The notes under the pieces were generated by a model, which was not told the DNA's origin, made no database searches, and worked only from the letters and a program-made list of their open reading frames with translations. The position numbers were made by a program, and so were the translations under genes. From an uncultured Marinoscillum sp. (GTDB lineage Bacteria; Bacteroidota; Bacteroidia; Cytophagales; MED-G16), in assembly GCA_964646945.1 (NCBI GenBank), contig CAZYIL010000003.1:1-42895 (forward strand): a DNA stretch of 42,895 nt. Reading direction: 5' to 3'. Below, piece after piece: positions 27,062 through 37,048 of this stretch (position 1 is the first letter of the stretch; each line of letters opens with the position of its first letter).

Positions 27062-28318
27062 ATGTTTAAAAGTAACAAATCTCAGAATTTTAGTGCACAT
27101 ACTAAATTAAAAACTTCACCTTTTTTTAAAAGGACTAGTAAGATCAACATGTCTCAGGAATGGAAAAGATGGGGTGGTTATCTTTCCGCTACGAAGTATG
27201 ATTTAAATCATGATAATGAATATTTTGCAATAAGAACTAAGGCTGGCTTATTAGATATTTCCCCATTATACAAATACAGAATTCAAGGAAAAGATGCTCA
27301 AAAATTTTTAAATCGGGTAGTAACCAGAAATATAAATATTTGTAAGATTGGTCAAGTTATGTATTCTCCATGGTGTGACGAAAATGGAAAAGTTATTGAT
27401 GATGGTACAATTCAGAAATTAAACAACGAAGATTTTAGACTTACAAGTGCTGAACCAAATTTATCATGGCTAGAACATAATTCCTATGATATGGATATTA
27501 GTATTTATGATGAGTCTGATAAAGTTGCTGCTTTAGCCCTTCAGGGACCTAATTCAAGAGATATTATCAATTCTATTTCATCTAAATCTATAAAACATTT
27601 GAAATTTTTTGAAATTATGAACACTGATTTTAAGGGAATTGATGTATCAATTTCTCGTACCGGATATACTGGTGATTTAGGTTATGAAATTTGGATTGAT
27701 CCTTCAGATTCTCTTGAAATTTGGGATATTTTAATTAAATATGGGAGTGTTTATGGAATAACTCCTGTGGGACTCAATGCTTTAGATATATCTAGGATTG
27801 AAGCTTCACTCATTCTTCTTGATGTAGATTATATTTCTTCAAGACATGCATTAATAGAAGATAGAAAATCATCACCTTTTGAATTAGGATTGGGATGGAC
27901 TGTTAAATTTAATTCTGGAAATTTTATTGGATCTACAGTTTTAAAAAACGAAAAAGATAACCCATCTAAATGGAAATTTGTTGGAATTGAAATTTTATGG
28001 GATCAATTAGAGAAATTATATAGGAATGTTGGATTATCACCAGATCTTCCTCATGCTGCATGGAGGGATAGTATTCCTTTGTATGGATCAAATATTTCAT
28101 CACGAGATAAAATTCAAGTTGGGTATGCTACCAGTGGATGTTGGTCCCCTATTTTAAAAAAATATATAGCTCTTGCCCATGTGAAATCAGATTATACTAA
28201 AATGAATTCTAATTTACTTTTTGAAATTAAGGTTGAACATTATAGACATTTTACTCCAGCTAAAATAGTTGAAACTCCTTTTTTTAATCCCAAAAGAAAA
28301 ATATCATGCCCAGAATAG
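27062..28318 (+). CDS. GcvT-family aminomethyltransferase (THF-binding; not canonical glycine-cleavage T)
   Basis: EYFAIRTKAGLLDISPL, GKVIDDGT, ALQGPNSR, SRTGYTGDLGYEIW, SRIEA, TSGCWSPILKKYIALA. Confidence 0.88.
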   Translation: MFKSNKSQNFSAHTKLKTSPFFKRTSKINMSQEWKRWGGYLSATKYDLNHDNEYFAIRTKAGLLDISPLYKYRIQGKDAQKFLNRVVTRNINICKIGQVMYSPWCDENGKVIDDGTIQKLNNEDFRLTSAEPNLSWLEHNSYDMDISIYDESDKVAALALQGPNSRDIINSISSKSIKHLKFFEIMNTDFKGIDVSISRTGYTGDLGYEIWIDPSDSLEIWDILIKYGSVYGITPVGLNALDISRIEASLILLDVDYISSRHALIEDRKSSPFELGLGWTVKFNSGNFIGSTVLKNEKDNPSKWKFVGIEILWDQLEKLYRNVGLSPDLPHAAWRDSIPLYGSNISSRDKIQVGYATSGCWSPILKKYIALAHVKSDYTKMNSNLLFEIKVEHYRHFTPAKIVETPFFNPKRKISCPE

Positions 28319-29886
28319 ATAAATATGATGTTATTGTTATAGGTGGAGGTCACAATGGCTTAACAGCTGCAGCTTACTTATCTAAAGCTGGAAAAAAAGT
28401 TTTGGTTTTAGAAAAAAGACATGTTTTAGGAGGGGCCGCTGTAACTGAAGAAGTTTTTCCTGGATTTAAATTTTCAGTTTGTTCTTATGTTGTTAGTTTA
28501 TTGAAAGCTAATGTTATAAGGGAATTAATGTTACCACGTTTTGGCCTTGAAATATTACCCCTAGAAAGTACATTTACACCATTAGATAACGATTATCTAT
28601 TTAGAACTTCTGACTATGATGAGACCTACAAAGAAATTTATCGACATTCTCCAAAAGATGCGGAAAACTATACAAGATTTGGTCCTCTTATGGGTCAAGT
28701 TGGTATGGCAGTTAGACCAATACTTGAGACAATTGCTCCAAATGTAATAAGGCCAAGTTTAAATGATTTAATTTCTTTAAAAAATCTTGTTGGTCATATC
28801 AAAGGGTTGAGGGATGAAAATTTTGAATATTTATGCAAACTTATGACAATGAGTTCTTCAGATTTTCTTGATGAATGGTTTGAATTCGAACCCTTAAAGG
28901 CTACGATGTCTGCAAGTGGAATTATTGGTACATTTATGGGCCCTAGATCACCTGGATCTGCTTATGTTATGTTACATCATTATATGGGTGATATTGATGG
29001 TTCTTTTCGTGCATGGGGATTCCAAAGAGGAGGAACAGGTGAATTAAGTATGACAATAGCCCGTTCTGCACAACATTTTGGAACAGAAATCATTAAGGAA
29101 GCTTCGGTGGACAAAGTTATAGTTAAGAATGGGAAAGCAGTTGGTGTTGCTTTAGAAAATGGAGATGAGTACAAATCTGATATAGTGATTTCTGGACTAG
29201 ACCCCAAGCTTACATTTCTTAAGTTAATAGATGAAAGGGACTTACCTTCTGATTTTTTAAGAGATATTAAAAATTTTAAAATTAGAGGCTCATCTGGAAA
29301 AGTGAATTTAGCATTGGATGGGTTGCCAAATTTCAAATCATTGCCAGGATTTGGCCCTCATTTAAGAGGAGCAATATCAATTAGCCCAAGTTACGATCAT
29401 TTAGAAAAAGCATATGATGATGCAAAATATGGTAATTTTTCTAAAGAGCCCTATATGGATATAATATTACCATCTGTATTGGACCCTGAAATGGCACCAC
29501 CAGGAAAACACGTTATGTCTTGTTTTGTACAGTACGCTCCCTATAATATTAATGGAGGATGGGATGATAATAAAAGAGAAGCTTTTGGAGATGCAGTAGT
29601 TAATACCTTAGCCAGATTTGCTCCAAATATAAAAGATTTAATATTACATCGTCAGGTTTTAACTCCTATGGACCTTGAGAAAACCTTTGGGTTAACTGAA
29701 GGAAATATTTTTCATGGTGAACTCACATTACAACAACTTTTTTCATTTAGACCAGCTGTAAAATGGGCTGATTATACAACTCCAATAAAAAATTATTATC
29801 AGTGTGGGTCTGGCACACACCCAGGAGGAGGAGTTACTGGATCACCTGGAGAAATGGCTGCAAAAAAAATATTAAAAATATGGTGA
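28306..29886 (+). CDS. FAD-dependent oxidoreductase, phytoene-desaturase/PYROXD2 family (copy A)
   Basis: IGGGHNGLTAA, VTEEVFPGFKFS, SPGSAYVMLHH, GNIFHGE, CGSGTHPGGGVTGSPG. Overlaps the gcvT-like stop. Confidence 0.9.
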   Translation: MPRIDKYDVIVIGGGHNGLTAAAYLSKAGKKVLVLEKRHVLGGAAVTEEVFPGFKFSVCSYVVSLLKANVIRELMLPRFGLEILPLESTFTPLDNDYLFRTSDYDETYKEIYRHSPKDAENYTRFGPLMGQVGMAVRPILETIAPNVIRPSLNDLISLKNLVGHIKGLRDENFEYLCKLMTMSSSDFLDEWFEFEPLKATMSASGIIGTFMGPRSPGSAYVMLHHYMGDIDGSFRAWGFQRGGTGELSMTIARSAQHFGTEIIKEASVDKVIVKNGKAVGVALENGDEYKSDIVISGLDPKLTFLKLIDERDLPSDFLRDIKNFKIRGSSGKVNLALDGLPNFKSLPGFGPHLRGAISISPSYDHLEKAYDDAKYGNFSKEPYMDIILPSVLDPEMAPPGKHVMSCFVQYAPYNINGGWDDNKREAFGDAVVNTLARFAPNIKDLILHRQVLTPMDLEKTFGLTEGNIFHGELTLQQLFSFRPAVKWADYTTPIKNYYQCGSGTHPGGGVTGSPGEMAAKKILKIW

Positions 29887-31451
29887 TAAAAAAATACGAC
29901 TATATAGTTATTGGGGGCGGAGTAAATTCTTTAGTTGCAGCAGCTCTTTTAGGTAAAAAAAATAAATCTGTTTTATTACTTGAATCAAACAAGAAGACTG
30001 GAGGAATGGCTATTTCAAAAGAATTTTTTCCAGGTTTTAGATCTAATATAATCTATGATTACATTCAGTGGTTTGATCAAAGAATAATAAAAGAATTGAA
30101 TTTAGATAAGAATGGATTTGAATTTATTAATAATGATATTAATAGAATTGCTTTAGATCTTAACAATAATCATATTTTTTTTAATAAAAATATTCAAAAA
30201 ACAGCAAGTTCGATTTCTTCTCATTCAAAAAAAGATGCTGAAAATTGGATTGATTTTTCAAAATACATATCAAAAGTCACAAGTTTTTTGAAGCCTTTAT
30301 ATGAAATAACACCACCTAATTTTAAAAAAATTGGAGTAAAAGATGCCATTTCTATGAGTGCTTTATTAAAACCCATGTGGACTCATGGTTCAAGAGGTTT
30401 TGTGGATATTTTAAGAACAGCTCCAATGATGATGCCCGAATTATTAGATGAATGGTTTGAGTCCGAGTTGTTAAGAGCGATCCTTTCGGCTAGTGGTATC
30501 CATCATTTAAATCAAGGTCCATATTCAGCTGCTACTGTTTTAAATTTTTTACATCAACATATTTATTCAGAATCTGATATTTTAAAAACTAATTTTATAA
30601 ATGGTGGAACTGAAAGACTTTCTTCAATTCTTGAAGAAAGGGCTAAATATTATAATGTGGAAATTAAAACTAATTCAAATGTTACATCAATAGACTGTAG
30701 TGATAATGTTTGTGTTGGTGTAACTTTAGAAAATAAAGATAATTTTTTTTCGAATAATATAATTTCTGGATTAGATCAAAATAATACTTGCATTAAATTA
30801 TTGGGTTTAGATAATATTAAACCAAGTTATAGAACTCAATTAAATAATATAAAATATAGAGGATCCACAGCTAGAATTCATTTTGCATTAAATGATCTTC
30901 CTAAAATTAATGGTATTAAACAAGATGAATTACAGACTGTATTTTCCATATGTCCTTCAGTTGATTTTTTAGAAAAAGCTTATGATGAGGTTAAATATGG
31001 AAAAGTTTCATCTTCTCCATATATTGAATTTTGTTTGCCATCTATTTTAACTCCTGAGTATTCTTCTAGCGACAAACACATTCTTTCAGCTTCTGTCCAA
31101 TATATTCCTTATCATTTAAGAAATAATAATTGGAATAAAAATTTGAAAAATCAAATTGTAAAGAATATTATCAAGACATTAGATTTATATATATCAAACT
31201 TTTCTAAAATCATAATTGGTTCATCCATCTCTACTCCTTTAGATTTTGAGGATTCTTTAAGAATTACAGAAGGGAATTTTAATCATGGCGAAATGACTTT
31301 GGATCAATTTTTCTTCATGCGACCTACAATTTCTTCTTCTCAATATAGAACCCCAATAAAGAACCTTTTTATTTGTGGGCCTTCTACTCATCCGGGTGGT
31401 GGTCTTCATGGAGCAAATGCAATGAATATGGTTAATGAAATTTTAAAATAA
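29880..31451 (+). CDS. FAD-dependent oxidoreductase, phytoene-desaturase/PYROXD2 family (divergent copy B)
   Basis: True start likely ATG 29880 (MVIKKYDYIVIGGGVNSL). LLDEWFESE, GNFNHGEMTLDQ, CGPSTHPGGG. Confidence 0.87.
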   Translation: MVIKKYDYIVIGGGVNSLVAAALLGKKNKSVLLLESNKKTGGMAISKEFFPGFRSNIIYDYIQWFDQRIIKELNLDKNGFEFINNDINRIALDLNNNHIFFNKNIQKTASSISSHSKKDAENWIDFSKYISKVTSFLKPLYEITPPNFKKIGVKDAISMSALLKPMWTHGSRGFVDILRTAPMMMPELLDEWFESELLRAILSASGIHHLNQGPYSAATVLNFLHQHIYSESDILKTNFINGGTERLSSILEERAKYYNVEIKTNSNVTSIDCSDNVCVGVTLENKDNFFSNNIISGLDQNNTCIKLLGLDNIKPSYRTQLNNIKYRGSTARIHFALNDLPKINGIKQDELQTVFSICPSVDFLEKAYDEVKYGKVSSSPYIEFCLPSILTPEYSSSDKHILSASVQYIPYHLRNNNWNKNLKNQIVKNIIKTLDLYISNFSKIIIGSSISTPLDFEDSLRITEGNFNHGEMTLDQFFFMRPTISSSQYRTPIKNLFICGPSTHPGGGLHGANAMNMVNEILK

Positions 31452-32696
31452 TTATTTATTTAAACTTAACTCTAAGTGTTTCAGATACCAAGATTTCAAT
31501 TTTTCAAGACCTATCTCCATTTTTGACAGGGGTCCTGGTATGTATTTTTTTGATAAAACACCCTTTTGATTATTTTCAACTATTCTTTTATCTTCTAATG
31601 TAGTTTCATGCCACATCCATGTTATATCATTAATATCATAATCCACTCCTTCTATTGCTTTTTCATTAACAAGCCACATTATTTCAACCTCAGTTTTCAT
31701 GGGCGTCTTAGGAATGAATGTAAAAGTAGTAGCGAAATCATTTGACATAATTATACTATTGAATGGTGATGGTCCAATAGTAGTATAACCTCCATCAAAT
31801 TCATTGAATTCACCCATTAAAATTGATGCAGGCTTTCCAGATTTTGTTTCGGACAATTTTCCATTGCTAAATGGTGTTCTTTCGGCACTTCTAAAAAAAT
31901 TTGAAAATTTTATTTCTGAATATTCTCCAATGAGATGACCTAATTTTTTTACTTTTTTATTCCAGTCTTCTAATTGTTTTTTAAATAATTTTGATTCTGG
32001 ACCAGTATTGCTACCGGCTCCATAAGCTTGAATATAATCTTTACTATGTACATGGCAGTATTCAGGATGAGAAGGTTGACAATGGTAGCATTCATGAAAA
32101 TTATCTAGAGTTAATTTCCAGTTTCCTTTTGTGAGATATGTTTTTCTTGTAATAATTTTAGCTTTGCTTAATCCATGAAATTTTATAAATGGTTCTATAG
32201 GTTTTATAAATTTATTAAAATCACAAGGTTTTTCAGAAAAATTAATAAAGATTAATCCTTCAAAAATTTTAGAATTGCATTTATTTAAACTCCAATTTTC
32301 AGGTTTGAAATTTTCATCCATCATTCTAGCACTTTTTAAATTACCATCAAGATTATAGATCCAGGCATGATAAGGACATACAAAATTTCTTAATTTCCCC
32401 TCTTCTTCTAGACATATATGAGATCCTCTATGCCTACATACATTATAGAAACAGTTAATTTTCTTGTTATTCTCTCTTATTATAATAATAGATTCATTTC
32501 CTATGGAGAATAAAAAATAATCTCCTTTTTTTGGTATTCTAGATATATGTCCAACAAAAATCCATTGATTATAAAAAAACGTTTTAATATCAAGATCATA
32601 TATCATTGGATCTGTATAAAAGCACTGTTCTAATGGGAAATTTTTTTTCTGAGATTTAACAATCTTTTTTAGTGCAGATTTTTCTTTAATATTCAT
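31452..32696 (-). CDS. Rieske non-heme iron oxygenase alpha subunit (GbcA/Stc2 betaine-demethylase-like)
   Basis: Rieske ligands CRHRG...CPYHAW. Mononuclear Fe motif NWKLTLDNFHECYHC...HPE. C-terminal W..T..ED...VENNQKG..S..Y.PGP.S. Confidence 0.87.
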   Translation of the reverse strand: MNIKEKSALKKIVKSQKKNFPLEQCFYTDPMIYDLDIKTFFYNQWIFVGHISRIPKKGDYFLFSIGNESIIIIRENNKKINCFYNVCRHRGSHICLEEEGKLRNFVCPYHAWIYNLDGNLKSARMMDENFKPENWSLNKCNSKIFEGLIFINFSEKPCDFNKFIKPIEPFIKFHGLSKAKIITRKTYLTKGNWKLTLDNFHECYHCQPSHPEYCHVHSKDYIQAYGAGSNTGPESKLFKKQLEDWNKKVKKLGHLIGEYSEIKFSNFFRSAERTPFSNGKLSETKSGKPASILMGEFNEFDGGYTTIGPSPFNSIIMSNDFATTFTFIPKTPMKTEVEIMWLVNEKAIEGVDYDINDITWMWHETTLEDKRIVENNQKGVLSKKYIPGPLSKMEIGLEKLKSWYLKHLELSLNK

Positions 32697-32780
32697 TTAA
32701 GATAATTTAAATATTAGCTATGATAACTTTAATTCATAAGGTTTTCCAGTTTTTTATAATAAATATTATTAATTTAATCT

Positions 32781-34220
32781 ATGCAAAAGACAATAAAAAA
32801 TTCTCCCACATTTTTTGAAGCAATTTTTCCAATAATATTTTTGATTATTTTGTTATCTATTAATGTTGCTGTTTTTGAAGATGCCTCTCTAGACGGAAGC
32901 AATCAAATAGTATTAATGGTTGCTTCTGCAGTAGCATCATTAATTGCTTTAAGGTTAGGTTTTACTTGGAGTGAATTAGAAAAAGGGATTGTAAATAGTA
33001 TTAGTTCAGCATTGCCATCACTTATAATTTTATTACTTGTGGGAGCTCTAGCAGGCTCATGGATGTTAAGTGGGATTGTGCCGGCAATGATTTATTATGG
33101 TATTAAATTACTTAATCCAGAAATTTTTTTAATAGCTTCTTGTATAATTTGTATTATAGTTTCTTTAGCTACTGGAAGCTCGTGGACAACTTCTGCAACA
33201 ATTGGCGTAGCTCTTATTGGTATTGGAAAAGCTTTAGGTATTTCTGAAGGTTTAATAGCTGGATCCATATTAAGTGGTGCATATTTTGGTGATAAAATGT
33301 CCCCTTTGTCAGATACCACTAACTTAGCTCCTGCAGTTGCTGGAGCTGATTTATTTTCTCATATTAGATATTTATCTTATACAACGTTTCCATCAATCAC
33401 TATATGTTTAGTTTTATTTTTGTTTTTTGGTTTAAACAATATTAATTCATATGATGTTAGTAATTCAGTTTTGATTTCAAATTCCATCTCAGAAAAATTT
33501 TACATCTCTCCAGTATTGTTTTTGGCTCCTTTATTTGTAATTTTTCTAATATATAAAAAAACAAAAGCGATTCCATCACTATTTTTTGGAGTAGTTTTAG
33601 GTGTGATTTTTTCATTAATCTTTCAACCCGATTTAGTTAGAGAGGTTTCAAAATCTGGTGATCAAACTTGGGTAAGTTTATTTATAGGTACAATGAAATC
33701 ATTATATGGAACAATTTCAATTTCAACTTCTAATGATATGGTAAATGATTTATTAACCTCTAGAGGTATGTTTGGAATGCTAAGCACAATTTGGTTAATT
33801 TTTGCAGCGATGATTTTTGGTGGTGTAATGGAAACTTCCGGCTTTTTAAGAAAAATAGCTAATACTATTCTTAATTCAGCCAAATCTACTGGGGCATTAG
33901 TGACTTCTACTGCTGGTACTTGTATCTTTTTCAATCTTAGTGCTTCAGATCAATATCTATCTATTGTAGTGCCAGGCAGAATGTTGTCTGATATATATAA
34001 GAAAAACAAGTTACATCCCGTGAATTTAAGTAGGACTCTTGAAGATAGTGGAACTGTAACATCAGTACTTATACCTTGGAATACTTGTGGTGCTTACCAT
34101 TCAACTGTATTAAATGTTAGTACTATTACTTACTTTCCTTATTGTTTCTTCAGTTTTATTAGTCCTTTAATGACAATATTATTTGCTTATTTGAGAATAA
34201 AGATTAAAAAATTAAAATAA
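32781..34220 (+). CDS. nhaC: NhaC-family Na+/H+ antiporter / organic-solute transporter
   Basis: TGSSWTTSATIG, SGAYFGDKMSPLSDTTNLA, LSRTLEDSGT, LIPWNTCGAY. Confidence 0.9.
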   Translation: MQKTIKNSPTFFEAIFPIIFLIILLSINVAVFEDASLDGSNQIVLMVASAVASLIALRLGFTWSELEKGIVNSISSALPSLIILLLVGALAGSWMLSGIVPAMIYYGIKLLNPEIFLIASCIICIIVSLATGSSWTTSATIGVALIGIGKALGISEGLIAGSILSGAYFGDKMSPLSDTTNLAPAVAGADLFSHIRYLSYTTFPSITICLVLFLFFGLNNINSYDVSNSVLISNSISEKFYISPVLFLAPLFVIFLIYKKTKAIPSLFFGVVLGVIFSLIFQPDLVREVSKSGDQTWVSLFIGTMKSLYGTISISTSNDMVNDLLTSRGMFGMLSTIWLIFAAMIFGGVMETSGFLRKIANTILNSAKSTGALVTSTAGTCIFFNLSASDQYLSIVVPGRMLSDIYKKNKLHPVNLSRTLEDSGTVTSVLIPWNTCGAYHSTVLNVSTITYFPYCFFSFISPLMTILFAYLRIKIKKLK

Positions 34221-34229
34221 ATATATATT

Positions 34230-35141
34230 TTATTTGTAGTCTTCTATTATTGATAAATAACTTTTATATCTTCTTTTCCAGATAGATTTGTCTAATTCGT
34301 TTTTTATTTCACAGTTAGGTTCTTTTAGGTGCATACAATTATAATATTTGCAGTTTTTTTTAATTCTTATGAATTCTGGAAAATAATCTTTTATTTCATC
34401 TCTATTAATATTAAATAGATCAAATGCTTTAATTCCTGGTGAGTCAATAATTTTTGTTTTGTTATTAATTTCGAACATTTCTGAAAATGTCGTTCTATGC
34501 TTTCCTTTTTTAGTTTTATTTGAAATTATTGATACTTTTTGGTTGACCTTGTTACATAATTTGTTTATAAGTGTTGATTTTCCTACTCCTGAATTTCCCA
34601 TAAACAAAGAAATTTTATTTTTTAACAAAGATTTTAAATCTTTTATGCCATTTCCAAATTTTGCAGAAATTGACGTAGAATAAAATCCAATTTTTTTATA
34701 ATTATTTATTACTTCATTTAATTTTTTTTTCTCTAACTCATTTAATATGTCGTTCTTGTTATAAATAATTATTCCTGGAATTTCATATGCATTACATGAA
34801 AGCAAAAATCTATCAATAAATCCAGACTTCACAAAAGGATTTTTTATTGTGGATATTAATAGTGCTTGATCAATATTTGATGCAATAATATGTCCGTAAA
34901 ATTTTTTTTTGCTTGACTTTCTGATTAAATAATTATTTCTCTTTATGATTTTATTAATTAAATATGAATTTGTTTGAAACTTGTCTTTTACAAATTCAAC
35001 TATATCTCCTGTGACAACAGGATTACTTAATTTTAAATTGTCAAGTCTAAATTTTCCTTTTAATCTACAATTAAAAATATTATTTTTCTTATCTTTCGCT
35101 ATATACCAAGACCCAGTAGATTTAATTATTAAACCTTTCAT
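34230..35141 (-). CDS. rsgA: Ribosome small subunit-dependent GTPase A
   Basis: KSTGSWY, NKND, GNSGVGKSTL, GKHRTT, DSPG, C-x4-C-x-H-x5-C Zn site. Confidence 0.95.
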   Translation of the reverse strand: MKGLIIKSTGSWYIAKDKKNNIFNCRLKGKFRLDNLKLSNPVVTGDIVEFVKDKFQTNSYLINKIIKRNNYLIRKSSKKKFYGHIIASNIDQALLISTIKNPFVKSGFIDRFLLSCNAYEIPGIIIYNKNDILNELEKKKLNEVINNYKKIGFYSTSISAKFGNGIKDLKSLLKNKISLFMGNSGVGKSTLINKLCNKVNQKVSIISNKTKKGKHRTTFSEMFEINNKTKIIDSPGIKAFDLFNINRDEIKDYFPEFIRIKKNCKYYNCMHLKEPNCEIKNELDKSIWKRRYKSYLSIIEDYK

Positions 35142-36358
35142 TTTAAGTATTTATTCATGGATTTATATATTTTAGATGTTGCTCCAATATTATTTAAAAT
35201 ATAATTTCTGGTACCATATTCCTTATTATTATTTAATAATTTATTTATTTTTTTTTCAAATTCTTTAGATGAATTAATAGAAAATGATAGATTTAATTTT
35301 TCTAGATCTTTTACTTCATTAAATTTTTTATTATTAGTGTGTTCTCCATATATTATAGGAAGATCAAATACTGCTGCCTCTAAAGTGTTATGTAAAGCTC
35401 CTTCGAACGCTCCTCCTATATATGCTATGTCACCATACCTATAAATAGATGATAACATCCCTATATTATCAATAATTAAAATATTTTTATTACTTATATC
35501 TTTTTCTTTGATTAAAGAATATCTGATTGTTTTATTGAGGAATAATTTTTCTATATGCGCATATTCATTTTCATTTATATTATGAGGAGCAATTATATAT
35601 TTTAATGAATTATTTTTTTTTATATATTCTTTGATTAGATGAATATCAGACTTCCATGAACTTCCAATAATTATAGTTTTATTGTTATTTAAAAATTTTT
35701 TTATTCTTAAAAAAATTTTTGTTTCTTGAGAAACTTTAAACACCCTGTCAAATCTTGTGTCTCCAACTACTTTACAATTAGTTATATGAATTGTTTTAAG
35801 TAATAATTTAGACTCATTGTTTTGTACATAAAACTGATTGATGTTTTTTAAAATTTCTGAAAAAAAAGTTACACCCTTGAAATAAATTTGATTTTTCCTA
35901 AAAACTGATGAAATAGATAGAATTGGAATATTTTTATTTGCACCTTCTTTTATTAGATGGTGCCAAAATTCATATTTAACAATTATTAAAATTTTTGGAT
36001 TTATATTTTTGTACATCATTTTTATTTTTTTAGAAGAATCTTCTGGTAAATAACAAGAACAATCAATTTGGGAATATTGTGATATTGACTTTTCAACAGA
36101 AGGTGAAAAAAAAGTAACAAAAATTCTATGATTGGATTTTGTTTTTATTTGATGAATTAATGGTTTAACCTGTTCAAATTCACCAACTGAAGAGACGTGT
36201 ATCCATATTTTTTTATCTTTATCAACGTTATTGTTTCTAAAATAATTTTTGATATTTTTTCTACCCAGATAAAGTTTATTAGTTTTATTAGAGAACAAAG
36301 AACCTATTCTAATAATTATTGTTGAAAAAAAAATTATAAAGTCGTATATATTTATCAT
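35138..36358 (-). CDS. waaA: 3-deoxy-D-manno-octulosonate (Kdo) transferase
   Basis: WIHVSSVGEFEQ, TFFSPS, KYEFW, GDTRFDRV, IDNIGMLS, HNTLEAA. Confidence 0.92.
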   Translation of the reverse strand: MINIYDFIIFFSTIIIRIGSLFSNKTNKLYLGRKNIKNYFRNNNVDKDKKIWIHVSSVGEFEQVKPLIHQIKTKSNHRIFVTFFSPSVEKSISQYSQIDCSCYLPEDSSKKIKMMYKNINPKILIIVKYEFWHHLIKEGANKNIPILSISSVFRKNQIYFKGVTFFSEILKNINQFYVQNNESKLLLKTIHITNCKVVGDTRFDRVFKVSQETKIFLRIKKFLNNNKTIIIGSSWKSDIHLIKEYIKKNNSLKYIIAPHNINENEYAHIEKLFLNKTIRYSLIKEKDISNKNILIIDNIGMLSSIYRYGDIAYIGGAFEGALHNTLEAAVFDLPIIYGEHTNNKKFNEVKDLEKLNLSFSINSSKEFEKKINKLLNNNKEYGTRNYILNNIGATSKIYKSMNKYLK

Positions 36359-36960
36359 TTATATGAAATGTTGTTATTTATTTTAGAAATATGAGATAGT
36401 ATTTTATTTTTACCCGTTTTGTTTATAGATGATGATAAAAAAATATCTGGTAATTTTTTCCAGTTTTTTAAAATTTGATTTTTAAAAAGCTCTATATTAT
36501 TTTCTAAACCTTTTTTGTTCATTTTATCTGTTTTAGTAAAGATGATATTCATAGGTATATTATTTGTTCCAATAAAATTGCTAAATTTTATATCTGATTT
36601 TTGTGGTTTTATCCTAGAATCGATTAATAAAAAAACAAGACTTAGCTTTGAGCTATTTATCATGAACTTTTGAGTCATTTTTTTCCATTTTAATCTTTCA
36701 GATTTACTTGATTTAGCCCATCCATATCCTGGAAGATCAACAAAAAAACATACGTCATTAATTTTAAAATGATTTATTAATTTAGTTTTTCCTGGCTTTG
36801 ATGATGTTTTAGATAATTTTTTATTATTTACTAACATATTAAGTAATGAAGATTTGCCTACATTAGATCTACCTATAAAAGCATATTCTGGAATATGTTC
36901 TTTTGGACATTTTTTATAATCATCACTACTTTTTATAAATTCAGATTTAAAAATTTTCAT
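36355..36960 (-). CDS. engB: Ribosome biogenesis GTPase YihA/YsxC
   Basis: GRSNVGKSSL, TSSKPGKT, DLPGYG, TKTDK. Confidence 0.96.
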   Translation of the reverse strand: MKIFKSEFIKSSDDYKKCPKEHIPEYAFIGRSNVGKSSLLNMLVNNKKLSKTSSKPGKTKLINHFKINDVCFFVDLPGYGWAKSSKSERLKWKKMTQKFMINSSKLSLVFLLIDSRIKPQKSDIKFSNFIGTNNIPMNIIFTKTDKMNKKGLENNIELFKNQILKNWKKLPDIFLSSSINKTGKNKILSHISKINNNISYK

Positions 36961-37048
36961 CAGATGCTAATAAATGTTTCTTCAATATTAACTTTAATAT
37001 GCAATTTTAATTCATTTTAATAGTTTAGATATTATATTTTATATTATA

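Noticed and set aside
27062-28318. Canonical glycine-cleavage gcvT
   Set aside because: Longer, divergent sequence; no gcvH or gcvP nearby; operon context differs.
29802-29879. ORF-track N-terminal extensions (also 13112, 19716, 24840, 38505)
   Set aside because: They overlap upstream genes or promoter boxes; downstream ATGs match family N-termini better.
28306-31451. Carotenoid biosynthesis (crtI/crtO) assignment
   Set aside because: No crtB, crtY or crtZ neighbours; coupling to a GcvT-like gene and PYROXD2-type motifs argue otherwise.
32719-32738. TATGA-N10-TCATA palindrome between the Rieske gene and nhaC
   Set aside because: A 5-bp AT-rich arm is expected by chance, and no regulator gene is nearby.
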